This document shows, one piece after another, positions 1-10,564 of a stretch of 64,000 nt of DNA (position 1 is the first letter of the stretch; each line of letters begins with the position of its first letter). This stretch comes from an uncultured Desulfobacteraceae bacterium (lineage in GTDB: Bacteria > Desulfobacterota > Desulfobacteria > Desulfobacterales > UBA5616). The notes under the pieces were generated by a model. That model was not told the origin of the DNA. It worked only from the letters and a program-made list of their open reading frames with translations, and made no database searches. A program made the position numbers and the translations under genes. The stretch spans positions 79,068 through 143,067 of the forward strand of contig CAYLRU010000005.1 in NCBI GenBank assembly GCA_964386565.1, read 5' to 3'.

Positions 1-209
1 GCATTGCCTTCCATCGGAAAAACGGTTTTTTTCAATGCGGGTGCTTTAAATCCGTCGGGAAAAAGTTTAACCGGAATTTTGATATGGTGTGGATGCAGAA
101 AATGATTTAGGTACAGCAGATTAGATGATTTTACAAACAACGGAAAAATCCCCGTGCTGATCGAACATTTTCAAAAAATCCCGGTTTCATCTTTCCGGTC
201 TATCCGTTG

Positions 210-237
210 TTGACATTTTTTGCATCAAAGATACAAT
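210..237 (+). promoter_or_regulatory. sigma-70 type promoter upstream of glnS (TTGACA-N16-TACAAT)
   Basis: TTGACA at 210-215 and TACAAT at 232-237 with a 16-nt spacer, about 55 nt upstream of the ATG at 294. It lies inside the TTG-start extension of the ORF track, which favours the 294 start. Confidence 0.5.
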
Positions 238-293
238 CAGGATATTCACAATATTACAAATTTAAATTATTTATTCAGGAAGCGATTACTGCC

Positions 294-1997
294 ATGAACG
301 ATATGGATTCAAGTTCCCATTCGGACTTTATTCGAAATATCATTAACGAAGATATAAAAAACAACAAAAACAACGGCCGGGTGGCCACCCGGTTTCCACC
401 GGAGCCCAACGGATATCTTCATATCGGCCATGCCAAGTCCATTTGCCTGAATTTCGGCATCGCCCGGGATTATGCGGGTGGAACATGCAACTTGAGATTT
501 GACGACACCAATCCGACCCGGGAAGAAACAGAATATGTGGAGGCCATTAAGGAAGATGTGAAATGGCTGGGGTTTGACTGGGGGGACCGGCTTTTTTTTA
601 CATCGGATTATTTTGAAAAGCTTTATGATTATGCGGAGCAGTTAATCATCAGGGGCAAGGCCTATGTCTGCAGCCTCAACGCCGACGAGATCCGGGCATA
701 CCGGGGAACCCTGACGGAGCCGGGAAAAGAGAGCCCTTACAGAAACCGATCGAAAGAAGAAAACCTGGACCTGTTCAGGCGGATGCGAAACGGGGAATTT
801 GAGGACGGTGCCCATGTGCTCCGGGCAAAGATCGACATGGCCTCTCCCAATCTCAACATGCGGGATCCGACCTTATATCGCATCAGGCGGGCGCATCATC
901 ACCGGACAAAAGACAAATGGTGCATCTATCCCATGTATGACTATGCCCATTGCCTTTCCGATTCCATCGAAGGGATCACCCATTCCATCTGCACCCTGGA
1001 ATTTGAAAATAACCGGCCCCTGTATGACTGGATTTTAGATGCACTGGAAATGGAATGCCATCCCCAGCAGATCGAGTTCGCCCGATTGAATCTGACGTAT
1101 ACGGTGTTAAGCAAACGGAAATTGATTTCCCTGGTGTCCGACAAGCACGTGGACGGATGGGACGATCCCCGGATGCCCACCATTTCAGGTATGCGAAGGA
1201 GGGGATTCACCCCTTCCGCCATTCGGAATTTTTGTGATAAAATCGGCGTTGCAAAACGGGATTCCATGGTGGATATGGCCCTGCTCGAATTCTGCGTCCG
1301 CGAGGACCTCAACAAAAAAGCCCGCCGGGTCATGGGCGTGCTCCGACCCCTGAAGGTGGTGATTACGAATTATCCCGAAGACCAGGTGGAAGAACTGGAC
1401 GCCGTGAACAATCCGGAAGATCCGTCCATGGGAACCCGGAAAGTCCCGTTTTCACGTGAACTTTTCATCGAGCAGGATGATTTCATGGAAGATCCGCCCA
1501 AAAAGTTTTTCAGGCTGAGTCCGGGCCGGGAAGTCCGGCTCCGGTATGCCTATTTCATAAAATGCAACAACGTGATCAGGGATGAAAAAACAGGTGAAAT
1601 AACCGAACTCCACTGTACGTATGATCCCGAGACCCGTGGTGGCAACGCGCCGGACGGACGAAAGGTTAAAGCAACCCTGCACTGGGTGTCCGCCTCCCGA
1701 TCCGTTCCGGCAACGGTAAACCTTTACAACCATCTGTTTCTCGAAGAGGCACCCGGCGCAAAAAAAGACGGCAGGGATTTTACCGACTGCATTAACCCCA
1801 AATCCCGGGAAGTCTTGACCGAATGCCGGCTGGAGCCGGGTCTGGCAGATGCAGCGGCAGGGGAAATATTTCAGTTCGAAAGACTGGGATACTTCTGTGT
1901 GGATTCCGTTCTTTCAAAACCAGGAACCCCGGTCTTCAACCGGACCGTCACCCTGCGGGACGAATGGGCGAAAATTAAAAAGAAATCGGGAAAATAA
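294..1997 (+). CDS. glnS: glutaminyl-tRNA synthetase
   Basis: Class I HIGH motif ([14 protein letters not shown]) and GlnRS-like body and C-terminal anticodon-binding region. Start moved from the ORF-track TTG at 207 to the in-frame ATG at 294 (MNDMDSS...). Confidence 0.93.
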   Translation: MNDMDSSSHSDFIRNIINEDIKNNKNNGRVATRFPPEPNGYLHIGHAKSICLNFGIARDYAGGTCNLRFDDTNPTREETEYVEAIKEDVKWLGFDWGDRLFFTSDYFEKLYDYAEQLIIRGKAYVCSLNADEIRAYRGTLTEPGKESPYRNRSKEENLDLFRRMRNGEFEDGAHVLRAKIDMASPNLNMRDPTLYRIRRAHHHRTKDKWCIYPMYDYAHCLSDSIEGITHSICTLEFENNRPLYDWILDALEMECHPQQIEFARLNLTYTVLSKRKLISLVSDKHVDGWDDPRMPTISGMRRRGFTPSAIRNFCDKIGVAKRDSMVDMALLEFCVREDLNKKARRVMGVLRPLKVVITNYPEDQVEELDAVNNPEDPSMGTRKVPFSRELFIEQDDFMEDPPKKFFRLSPGREVRLRYAYFIKCNNVIRDEKTGEITELHCTYDPETRGGNAPDGRKVKATLHWVSASRSVPATVNLYNHLFLEEAPGAKKDGRDFTDCINPKSREVLTECRLEPGLADAAAGEIFQFERLGYFCVDSVLSKPGTPVFNRTVTLRDEWAKIKKKSGK

Positions 1998-2047
1998 TCC
2001 TTATACCGCATGAAATGGCGACACCGGCAATGAAATTGCCCGGGGCG

Positions 2048-3514
2048 TCATTCCCCCTCATGCTGGGGCAAAACACACAATTGATCGTCACGGCTATCAA
2101 TTAATTTTCCCCTTTTTTTCTTTATTGACGGGATCTTCCTTGTTTTTTTCAAAAGAAAATCAGTAATATTGAATTTACTGTTATCGAGACGGGGTATTTC
2201 AATTTCTTCCGGAGGCTCTATTTGAGGAACCCACTCATAGGGTGTTCTATAGGCCCGATAAACCATGTTATGATTTTTATTTTTACCAAAATACGGGCTG
2301 ATATATTCCCATACGATCTCATGATCCGGAGTTACCTCAAAGAGTCGTCCGTCGGTTCCCTCGGTAATCAGCGTATTGCCATTGGGTAAACGCTGGGCCG
2401 AACTGATGAATCCGCTGTAAAATTTGTAATCTTCTACAACCGGAACATATCCCGATTCACGGGCGGTATACCGCCATACCACCTCTAAGGTTACCGGGTT
2501 AAATTCCAATATCCTTGAATAATCTCGTAATGCATTATTCAGGCCTCTGAAAGAACCTGGATTCGGGGCACCGTAACCGGCCCATCCGCCATTATCAAAA
2601 ACCAGAATGTTCCCTTCCCCTGGAAGTCCCTTGGGGATCATGTGCGCGTGATGTTGGCCGATTATCCAGCGTAATCTTCTCAGAGCAGGTGTGGCATAAT
2701 AGTCCGGTCCAACCTGCCATACTATTTTACCCGTCTTTTTGTCTGTTATGGCAATAATATTGGTCTGGCGACCGTCCCAGATAATATTATCCGGATGAAA
2801 TCGCTTGTCACCGTCATCATACCATTTGTTAGGTCCCAATGTGGAGATGGAATTGATGTGCATCCAGTCCCCCATGTCTAATCCTGCCCCGCCAAGTGTA
2901 CCGCGATTCAGCATATTCGGATTTCTGGCAAGAATGTTTTTTGCCTCTTCACTAAACCCCATCTGGTCAAAATGATCACTGCATATCCATTCCCATACGA
3001 TTTCACCATCCCAGGTTACTTCGATAATTGTATCGTCCAATAAAGGCCTTTCACTGATTTTTGAATTCTTTACATTTTTATGGCAAAGAATAAGAGTATT
3101 CCCGCTATCCGTCTTGGGGTCCATTCCAGGCACGTAATAACCAACAGGGTTACCCTCCCTTTGGTAGTCATGGTGTTGTCTGGCAATCCATTTGCGTTTT
3201 TTTCGCCCATCCTTTACCAATTCATACTTGTTAAACCTCCAAAATATTTTTTCGTCAAAATCCATTTGTACAAGATCCAACATATCCTGATACCCATATT
3301 TGGGATCTCGTTCACCGGTACTCCCCATGAAATATCCACCAGGGAGAACTTTCACGGGAAAACCATGCAATGTTTTGATATGCTTCAGAGTATTTCCGTT
3401 CATATCGATAAGAACAGAGCCTTCGTCTTTGGCGGGAAAAACCGTATAACCATTAAAACACTTATCAGGGTAGTAGATAGTAGTACCGGTTGGATAAACA
3501 CTTGGATACGCCAC
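2048..3514 (-). CDS. arylsulfotransferase (ASST)-like beta-propeller protein, apparently cytoplasmic
   Basis: N-terminus PTGTTIYYPDKCFNGYTVF plus His-rich motifs (QHHDYQ, GQHHAHMIP) recalled from the aryl-sulfate sulfotransferase family. No N-terminal hydrophobic signal. AAGGAGG SD upstream. Confidence 0.55.
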   Translation of the reverse strand: MAYPSVYPTGTTIYYPDKCFNGYTVFPAKDEGSVLIDMNGNTLKHIKTLHGFPVKVLPGGYFMGSTGERDPKYGYQDMLDLVQMDFDEKIFWRFNKYELVKDGRKKRKWIARQHHDYQREGNPVGYYVPGMDPKTDSGNTLILCHKNVKNSKISERPLLDDTIIEVTWDGEIVWEWICSDHFDQMGFSEEAKNILARNPNMLNRGTLGGAGLDMGDWMHINSISTLGPNKWYDDGDKRFHPDNIIWDGRQTNIIAITDKKTGKIVWQVGPDYYATPALRRLRWIIGQHHAHMIPKGLPGEGNILVFDNGGWAGYGAPNPGSFRGLNNALRDYSRILEFNPVTLEVVWRYTARESGYVPVVEDYKFYSGFISSAQRLPNGNTLITEGTDGRLFEVTPDHEIVWEYISPYFGKNKNHNMVYRAYRTPYEWVPQIEPPEEIEIPRLDNSKFNITDFLLKKTRKIPSIKKKRGKLIDSRDDQLCVLPQHEGE

Positions 3515-3615
3515 TTTAATACCTCCTTGTTTGGTTTTAAAATCAGCAGAAAGATCACCTTTTCATAAAAATGTAACCTTTCAGGGTTTCAGCAGTAATA
3601 CCTGATCATCATCTT

Positions 3616-4425
3616 TTATCTGCAAACCGTCAGAATTTTTTTGCTTAAAAGAACCTTCGCCAGATTTACACCGGCCTGCACCGGGGAGTCTCCGTCAACG
3701 AATCTGCAATCCGTCATTTTTAATTCGGGATAATACAGTCGTTTTAATTCCAATTTACCGGAAAACCCTGGATTCAGGTTGATATCCTTTCCGGACCATG
3801 AATGAACAGGCTTTTTTTTGGCCACTCTTCTTTCTTTCATGGCGGGATATCGAAGTTCTCCCAACTCGTTGGTTACCATGACGACCGCCGGGAGATTCGA
3901 TTTTATGATTTCATATCCATTGTCGGTCACCCGGTTGACGATGAGCGACCCGGATTGAATCTCCACCTTTTGCGCAAAGGTAATGCAGGGGATGTTCAAT
4001 TCTTTTCCCAGCCTGATTCCCATATACCCGTTATTCCAGTCCGATGCCTGGCGGCCGGCTAATATCAAATCATAATCGTCGATTCGTTTTATCGTTTCCG
4101 CCAGAACCAGGGCTGTGGCCCCGCTGTCGAACCGGTGGGACTCAAAACGCTCATCCTCCATTTTTATCAACTCGTCGGCACCGGCCGCCAATGCTCTTAC
4201 CATCACGGCATTGGATATTCTTTTCCCGATACTGACAAGCGTGATCTTCACGTCATCTCTTTTGTCCTTAATCCTCAGGGCCGCCTCCAGTGCATTTTCA
4301 TCAAACAGGCTTAAAACCGGCGGGATTCCCCTGGGCTCCACACTGTTCAGCTCATGGTTTATTTCATAAGATTCCCTGGGGCCTTCATGATCCGGCGTCT
4401 GCTTCATACAAACAACAATGTGCAT
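3616..4425 (-). CDS. etfB: electron transfer flavoprotein, beta subunit
   Basis: MHIVVCMKQTPD N-terminus and overall EtfB layout. Lies directly downstream of etfA. Confidence 0.9.
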   Translation of the reverse strand: MHIVVCMKQTPDHEGPRESYEINHELNSVEPRGIPPVLSLFDENALEAALRIKDKRDDVKITLVSIGKRISNAVMVRALAAGADELIKMEDERFESHRFDSGATALVLAETIKRIDDYDLILAGRQASDWNNGYMGIRLGKELNIPCITFAQKVEIQSGSLIVNRVTDNGYEIIKSNLPAVVMVTNELGELRYPAMKERRVAKKKPVHSWSGKDINLNPGFSGKLELKRLYYPELKMTDCRFVDGDSPVQAGVNLAKVLLSKKILTVCR

Positions 4426-4446
4426 TCTTTGTTTCCCCCGAATAAA

Positions 4447-5457
4447 TCATTTTGAGCTTTGAACGATTTCCCCGATAAGACCGGAAAGCACCGGCTCATA
4501 CTCCCCGACGACACCGTAGTCCGATATTTTGAAAATATTGGCATTGGGATCTGAATTAATGGCAATAATCCTTTTTGAACCGCTCATACCGGCCATATGC
4601 TGAAATGATCCGGACAACCCCACGGCGAAATACACGGCCGGAGAGACAATGGCACCTGTAATACCGATCTGTGCATCGGCGGAAACCCAACCCAGATCAC
4701 ACGGCGGCCGGGTTGAACCGACTTGTCCGCCCAACAGGTCTGCAAGTTTTTGAAGCGCCGAGAATCCTTCCTGCCCGCCGATTCCCCTGCCCCCGGCAAT
4801 AATAATATCCGCATCCGTCAGTTTTTTCTCTCCTTCTTCAGGAATGTACTTTCCCACGATCTCATATTCATCCGAAGCGGGTTCATCGACTTCGCCAAGA
4901 TCGATGATTTCTCCCTGTTGATTTTCCGATCTTTCCGAAGGCGTTGTTGATTTTGACCGCAGGGTGACGATGCAGGGAAAAGAGCCGCTGGAATAAACCG
5001 CCATGACATTGTTGCTGTAAACGGGCTTTGTAAAAAGGAGCTCTCCTTTATCCCATTCAATATTGACGCAATCCGTAACCAGGGCGATATTTACGTAAGT
5101 GGCAGCCCTGGCAGCAAAATCCAGGGAATTCTTCGAATTGCCGAATACCGTCAATTCCGGTTCCAGCAAGCAGTATATCTTCTCAAAGACCGACAGAAAC
5201 ATCCGGGGCCGGTAGTACTTCAGGCCGGCGTCCTCTTTTATGAATATCTTATCGATGTGATGAAACCGCAACTCCTCGACGGCCCGGGCCACATTTCCTC
5301 CCATTACCAGTACCGAGACCGCGGCACCTTGAATAACGGCAACCTGTTTTGCCGCATTCAACGCTTCCAAAGACAGCGGCGTGACAATGCCGTTGTCATC
5401 CGTCTCTACGTATACAAGAAAATTATGTGGTTTTGTCATGGATTCCCTTTTAACCAC
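4447..5457 (-). CDS. etfA: electron transfer flavoprotein, alpha subunit
   Basis: C-terminal FAD-binding signature (IIAGGRGIG...STRPPCDLGW...QIGITG). An alternative ATG start at 5439 is possible. No N-terminal ferredoxin domain. Confidence 0.9.
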   Translation of the reverse strand: MVKRESMTKPHNFLVYVETDDNGIVTPLSLEALNAAKQVAVIQGAAVSVLVMGGNVARAVEELRFHHIDKIFIKEDAGLKYYRPRMFLSVFEKIYCLLEPELTVFGNSKNSLDFAARAATYVNIALVTDCVNIEWDKGELLFTKPVYSNNVMAVYSSGSFPCIVTLRSKSTTPSERSENQQGEIIDLGEVDEPASDEYEIVGKYIPEEGEKKLTDADIIIAGGRGIGGQEGFSALQKLADLLGGQVGSTRPPCDLGWVSADAQIGITGAIVSPAVYFAVGLSGSFQHMAGMSGSKRIIAINSDPNANIFKISDYGVVGEYEPVLSGLIGEIVQSSK

Positions 5458-5460
5458 CTT

Positions 5461-7053
5461 CTACTCGGGGGGATGCCCGTCCACCCACTTGTATTTTTCG
5501 CATAACGTTTTCAGCCTGTCGACTTTTTCGCCGGGCATGGCGGATAAATCAAAATCTTCCTCTTTCAGATAACGACCTGTGTCCGCGGATTTATTGGGGT
5601 CCAGTTGTTCGGATATCATTTTCTGCCAGTACCCGAAATCCCCGCTTACGGGAGACGTTATTTTTTTGAAAGCCGGTTCGTAGCTGAACATGGGTTCGCT
5701 GCATTTTTCAAACGCGGCGATCAGATTATCCAGGGCGATATTTTTCATATTCTCGATTTGTACCCGGTTTCTCGGATCGTATTGAAAAATGACTTCCACA
5801 TGGGCCCACGTGCCGTTTTCATAGGATACATAATACGGATTATCCGCAATGGGATCCAGAATAAGACCTTTTTCCATATATTCCGTCTTTATATCCGCCA
5901 ATATTTCGGCAAAATCGGTCTGGAGATCGATGGCTTCGTTCCGACCGATCATGGTATGAAAACTCCCTCCCCTCTTGAACGCCAATGCCCACAGCGTCGA
6001 TCTGAAAATATTCATGTACATCATGGCCAGGGCATCCGGTTGATCCTCAAAATCAACCAACGTACCTTTGCAGCGGTCTGTAATCGTTCTCAGTGCCTTT
6101 ACCTGGTAGTCAAGATCTCCCCTTGAATTCCCGTGAAGCATGATCAAGTAATGGTACTTGTTGTCTCTTTGGAGCAGTTCGCCCGGAATACCGACGGGAT
6201 TAATTCTCACCGCATTGTAACCGATCTCGGCATCACTGATCTGATATACGGCATTACTGAATTCTTCCTTGTCCGGGAAAAAACATGAAAAGATCTTTGT
6301 GTTCTCGGGAATTTTCGACCGGGCGGTGAGCAGCACGCCGGATGTCTCGATGATGGGGGGACCTGACCAGTCGTAGAGCTTGAGTGCACATTTCGTGATG
6401 ATGCCCAGACCGCTCAGAGCACCGGCAGTACCCCTTAATATGCCTCTTAGGGAGGGTCCGGGGCCGTCCCCGATAAACCAGCCGAGGCCCGATCCCAAAG
6501 AGCCGAGCTTCAGTAATTCTCCATTGGGGAGGACCCATTCCACGGCAAGAACGTTTCGCGGGCTGTAGGCCATGTAAATACTGTCATTCCCCACGCCGAA
6601 CGCTGACGTGGCACTGGCCAGGGGTGAACAATTGGGCCCGCTGCCGTGAATATGGCAATTGAGTCCGACCTTCATGGCTTCGGCCTGAAGCTGGGCGTTG
6701 CAGACATTCGGCTCGATGACGGCATACATGTTTTTTTCATCGATTTCCAGGATGCGGTCCATCCGCCGCAAATCAACCTGGACGACATTATCCTCCGAAG
6801 GCCCGCCCCAGGCTCCCCAGCCCGTTGAAAACGCCTTGAATTTAAGACCGTGCTTATTACAGGCCCTAACCACGCCCCGGACCTCTTCAGTGGAAGCCGG
6901 AAGAACGACGGCCACGGGCCGCGTCACCCATTTCGAGGGATCCTCATTGGCATACGGTTGCCAGGCATAGGTATCCAGAATCGCCGGTTCACGGGAAACA
7001 TTTTCACGACCCACACAGTCTTCCAAATCTTTATATGCTGAATCATTTATCAT
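5461..7053 (-). CDS. FAD-binding oxidoreductase (FAD_binding_4 / GlcD-GlcE-like)
   Basis: N-terminal FAD-binding fold (PVAVVLPASTEEVRGVVRACNKHGLKF). GGAGGG SD. Follows the Fe-S subunit after a 15-nt gap. Confidence 0.8.
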   Translation of the reverse strand: MINDSAYKDLEDCVGRENVSREPAILDTYAWQPYANEDPSKWVTRPVAVVLPASTEEVRGVVRACNKHGLKFKAFSTGWGAWGGPSEDNVVQVDLRRMDRILEIDEKNMYAVIEPNVCNAQLQAEAMKVGLNCHIHGSGPNCSPLASATSAFGVGNDSIYMAYSPRNVLAVEWVLPNGELLKLGSLGSGLGWFIGDGPGPSLRGILRGTAGALSGLGIITKCALKLYDWSGPPIIETSGVLLTARSKIPENTKIFSCFFPDKEEFSNAVYQISDAEIGYNAVRINPVGIPGELLQRDNKYHYLIMLHGNSRGDLDYQVKALRTITDRCKGTLVDFEDQPDALAMMYMNIFRSTLWALAFKRGGSFHTMIGRNEAIDLQTDFAEILADIKTEYMEKGLILDPIADNPYYVSYENGTWAHVEVIFQYDPRNRVQIENMKNIALDNLIAAFEKCSEPMFSYEPAFKKITSPVSGDFGYWQKMISEQLDPNKSADTGRYLKEEDFDLSAMPGEKVDRLKTLCEKYKWVDGHPPE

Positions 7054-7068
7054 GGATGCTGTCCCTCC

Positions 7069-8334
7069 TTATAAACCCATTGAAAACCGAACCAGATCGT
7101 TGACATCATAAATTTTAATATCGATCCCTGTTTCCGCTGCAGCCTCCTTGAAGATATTTTCACACCAGGGGCAGCTTGTGACCAGTGCTTCGGCACCGGT
7201 GGACAGGGCCTCTTCCAGCCTTTCCCGGGCTGTTTCCATGGAAAACCCCGGAAAGGCTTCGAGCACACCGCCGCCTGATCCGCAGCACCATGAATACTCC
7301 CGGATACGTTCCATTTCAACCAACTCAATACCCTTTATGGATCTCAGTACGTTTCTCGGCGGATCATAGATACCAAACCATCCCTGGCGCTTGTCGAACT
7401 CCGGGCGTTTTAATTTGTTCTTCCCGGTCCAGTCTCCTGTGTAGGGCTCGCCTTTTCTCCCCAAGTGACAGGGGTCATGATAGGTGACCCGCATGGGTAT
7501 CTCATGTTTCAATTCGAGTTTTCCCTCTTTGATCAAGTTTTCCATGAATTGGGAAACATGGAGTACCTTCACCGGCATTTCCATGCCCATTCGGGAGTAA
7601 AGATAAATAAAGGCGGCATAGCAGTCCGAACATGGTGTTACCAATACGGTTGCGCCGGATGCAATGACCCGTCGGACCATATCCTCGGCAAACGTTTTTC
7701 CATCTCCCTGGTACCCGTTTTCATACGCCTTTCCGCCGCAGCAGGACTCTTCCCGGCCGGCGATGCCCAGGTCTGCACCAGCCTCAATCAGAATTTGCAC
7801 TGTTCCCCGGATGGTGTCTCTCAGACCCGGGTCATAGGAAAAACGGCAGCCGGCATGAAACATGATATCGGCCTTTTCGTTGTTTATATTTTTCAGCGGC
7901 AGACCTTCAGCCCACTGCCCCCTGTCCTTTTTAAGCTCTCCGAGAGTATTGCCTTCCCGCTTCATGCTTTCAATAACTTCCAGGTGCTCCGGCAATACAT
8001 AACCGTTTTCAACACAGTACGCCCGCAGTTCAAGAAGTACTTCGTTGATATCGATATCATCCCGGTAGGCCTTGCATGCCGCGTCGCAGGCACCGCAAAG
8101 CTGGCAATGGTATACGATATCGGCAATTTGATCATTCAGCTCGGATCGGTTCTGAAGGATGGAATTTGCCATTATCATTTTCCCCGATCCGGAATAGGCG
8201 TGAAAATTGTATCGTGTCACGGACGGACAATTTTTCGCATAGCGCCAGCTTTTTACCTGGTTAAAGGGCACCCATTTACAGGATGAGCAACGGGAACATC
8301 CTTCCATGTCGTTTTGAAGTTCTTTTAATCTCAT
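7069..8334 (-). CDS. (Fe-S)-binding protein with two CCG domains (GlcF / HdrD-like)
   Basis: Two ferredoxin-type Cys clusters (CSRCSSCKW, CQLCGACDAAC) and two CCG motifs (SCCGGKAY, WCCGSGGG). Confidence 0.85.
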   Translation of the reverse strand: MRLKELQNDMEGCSRCSSCKWVPFNQVKSWRYAKNCPSVTRYNFHAYSGSGKMIMANSILQNRSELNDQIADIVYHCQLCGACDAACKAYRDDIDINEVLLELRAYCVENGYVLPEHLEVIESMKREGNTLGELKKDRGQWAEGLPLKNINNEKADIMFHAGCRFSYDPGLRDTIRGTVQILIEAGADLGIAGREESCCGGKAYENGYQGDGKTFAEDMVRRVIASGATVLVTPCSDCYAAFIYLYSRMGMEMPVKVLHVSQFMENLIKEGKLELKHEIPMRVTYHDPCHLGRKGEPYTGDWTGKNKLKRPEFDKRQGWFGIYDPPRNVLRSIKGIELVEMERIREYSWCCGSGGGVLEAFPGFSMETARERLEEALSTGAEALVTSCPWCENIFKEAAAETGIDIKIYDVNDLVRFSMGL

Positions 8335-8336
8335 TT

Positions 8337-9830
8337 TTACACGGCCTCCTTAAATACGAGTTTCCCCTGATTCAATACATGCTCGGGATCGAAGATATGC
8401 TTTACCTTCTTTAACGCCGCGGCCGTATCGGTGCACCGGGCATAGGCAAGATCCGACCAGCAGCCATAAGGCCTTGAATAAAACGCACCGGCTTTTGCCA
8501 TTTCTTCGCTTGCCGCCGGATACAGCCGTTCCATGTCAGCCGTCGATTTTCCATCTTTCGGATTATAGTAAAGGGAAAATTCAATGTGGCACGCCCGGCC
8601 GAAAAGGATGGGCTGAATATACATGGAAAGTTCCGATCCAGGATACCCGTTTCCGGCGATAAAATCGGACATCACCCGGATGAACCGGCCGGCTTTATCC
8701 ATGGTTGACAGAAAGTGAATATCCGCAAATCCGCCTTTTATATTGTTTTTATAGTAGGGATCGGCGCACGGGCCGGCTATGATCCGGGCAAATTTTGACC
8801 CTGTAGTGCCCATATACACATTGGCTGTTTTAACGCCGACCTGCTGGGCGATCTTTGAAATATCATGTTCCTGAAACGCAATGCGGTCTTCAGGACATAC
8901 ATCGTAACCGGAGACGCCGTATACAACGACATATGCCTTTTCCTTTTCCGTCATCGCCGGAATATCATCAGGATTTTTCGCAACGATTGCGGCAAATGCA
9001 TGCTTGTTTAATATGAAAAACTCATCTGCAAGCTTCGGTCTCAATACGCGATAGGAAAAATCGACCAGCCTTTCCAGCTTGTCATCCGCGACAAAGTACA
9101 GTCGATGGATCTTTGGTTTTACTTCCAGTTTCACCGATGCCCATGTCACAATGCCCATGGTTCCCTGGGATCCCTGAACGATTTTCATCAGATCGGTCTG
9201 CCCGGGCCCCAGTGGGTTTTTGAACATGGATTTGGCCGCTATTTTTTGCTTGATACTCCCCGGTCCTCCGGCCGAACCCGTTCGGTAAAGACGCCCGTTT
9301 CCGAAAATAATTTCCGTGCACAAAAGCGGGTCTGTCATGTCCCAATGGTACTTGGGGATGAGAATGGGATCACGTTCCAAGTAGCTGGCAAGCACCGATT
9401 TGCCTGCCTTCGGAAGCAGCGGGGACAACACTTTCAAGTTGTTTTTGTCCGCCTCTTCCCGTAATTGAGCGTACGTAACACCCGGTTCAATCAATGCAAC
9501 CTTGTTGCGCCGGTCCATTAACATGATGTTGTTCATTTCGGACAAATCGACGATGACCCCCTTATTGTTCAACAGGGTACCGCCTTTCATATGGGGCGGT
9601 CCGGATGAGGCAGGCACCAGATTTAGCCGGGAATCCTTTGCCAGCCCTATTAACCGCTCAACCTGCCCGGCGGTTTGGGGTTTTACGATAAACATCGGTT
9701 TCTCACCGGATCCGATATTTGCCCGGGTATAACCCACCAGATGTTCTTCCCGGGAAATCACTTTCGGTTCCCCGACAACATCAACCAGTTTTTCCTTCAG
9801 GCTTTCCGTACTGATTTCACCCATGCTCAA
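8337..9830 (-). CDS. FAD-linked oxidase (GlcD / D-lactate dehydrogenase-like)
   Basis: FAD_binding_4-type N-terminal half, C-terminal FAD-oxidase domain, typical C-terminus (HIFDPEHVLNQGKL). GGAGG SD. Confidence 0.85.
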   Translation of the reverse strand: MSMGEISTESLKEKLVDVVGEPKVISREEHLVGYTRANIGSGEKPMFIVKPQTAGQVERLIGLAKDSRLNLVPASSGPPHMKGGTLLNNKGVIVDLSEMNNIMLMDRRNKVALIEPGVTYAQLREEADKNNLKVLSPLLPKAGKSVLASYLERDPILIPKYHWDMTDPLLCTEIIFGNGRLYRTGSAGGPGSIKQKIAAKSMFKNPLGPGQTDLMKIVQGSQGTMGIVTWASVKLEVKPKIHRLYFVADDKLERLVDFSYRVLRPKLADEFFILNKHAFAAIVAKNPDDIPAMTEKEKAYVVVYGVSGYDVCPEDRIAFQEHDISKIAQQVGVKTANVYMGTTGSKFARIIAGPCADPYYKNNIKGGFADIHFLSTMDKAGRFIRVMSDFIAGNGYPGSELSMYIQPILFGRACHIEFSLYYNPKDGKSTADMERLYPAASEEMAKAGAFYSRPYGCWSDLAYARCTDTAAALKKVKHIFDPEHVLNQGKLVFKEAV

Positions 9831-9842
9831 GCCTCCGTACTG

Positions 9843-10508
9843 TTATTTTTTGATTAATTGCAAAATAAGCCATTCGATCTCCCCGGCCACATCGATGGAA
9901 AGATGCTTACTGTATTTTTTCAAGAACGCATCAGATACCAGGTTGCTTTTAGGTGCATTCAGCGCTCCCCACAGAACCAGGGCCCCGGCAATCATCATAT
10001 GCAGCATGAACGGGTTAACCGGTTTAAAATCACCTGTTTTCACACCCTCCTCAATAATATCCAGGAAAATTTCGATAAATTTTGAAAAATTTTCCTTATA
10101 CCCTTCCGTGATATTTTCTCCGCCCGAAGCAAATTCCCAAAAAAATATCATGTTGTCCTTCAGGCTCTTACCCCCCTCCGGCACCCATGACTTTATATAT
10201 CGTCTGAGTTTTTCCTCGGGTGATTTCCCGGCTGTGCCGACCTGGATCAATTCCTCGATATGTTTATTTAAGGATCTGGCAATCACCTCTGAATAAATTT
10301 CCTTTTTATCGCCGATGTAATAATATACCGAGGCTCTGTCCACTTTCGCTCTTCTGGCGATTTCTTCGATGTTTGCATTTTTAAATCCGGTTTCCGCAAA
10401 AACCGCCCTTGCCGCGCGGAGGATTTTTTCGATGGTTTCCTCCCGTTTTTTTACAATACTTTCTGAATTCCTCATTTTTGGTCCTGCATGAATTGTATTT
10501 ATATCCAT
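9843..10508 (-). CDS. TetR/AcrR family transcriptional regulator
   Basis: N-terminal HTH (ILRAARAVFAETGFKNANIEEIARRAKVDRASVYYYIGDKKEIY). The more likely start is the ATG at 10475 (MRNSES). Confidence 0.85.
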   Translation of the reverse strand: MDINTIHAGPKMRNSESIVKKREETIEKILRAARAVFAETGFKNANIEEIARRAKVDRASVYYYIGDKKEIYSEVIARSLNKHIEELIQVGTAGKSPEEKLRRYIKSWVPEGGKSLKDNMIFFWEFASGGENITEGYKENFSKFIEIFLDIIEEGVKTGDFKPVNPFMLHMMIAGALVLWGALNAPKSNLVSDAFLKKYSKHLSIDVAGEIEWLILQLIKK

Positions 10509-10538
10509 CTATTTTTATTCAATATTATATTTCACATT

Positions 10539-10564
10539 ATTGTTTAACATTCATGTTAAACAAT
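10539..10564. promoter_or_regulatory. 26-bp palindrome, candidate TetR operator
   Basis: ATTGTTTAACAT-TC-ATGTTAAACAAT with perfect 12-bp arms, 30-65 nt upstream of the tetR start. A second inverted repeat, TGACA-N4-TGTCA, lies at 10568-10581. Confidence 0.55.

Noticed and set aside
1-150. Open minus-strand frame running off the left edge (...LHPHHIKIPVKLFPDGFKAPALKKTVFPMEGN).
   Set aside because: Only about 45 codons are visible. There is no ATG with an SD (only TTG, or an ATG at 12-14), and no motif. It cannot be separated from the non-coding upstream region of glnS.
7465-8286. 273-aa plus-strand ORF inside the CCG Fe-S gene. Similar long antisense ORFs occur at 20399-21022, 33981-34661, 34689-35306, 45262-45990 and 5605-6126.
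   Set aside because: Each lies antisense within a confidently assigned gene (GlcF-like, pcm, pilQ, kinase, FAD oxidase) and shows no motif. These are typical shadow ORFs.
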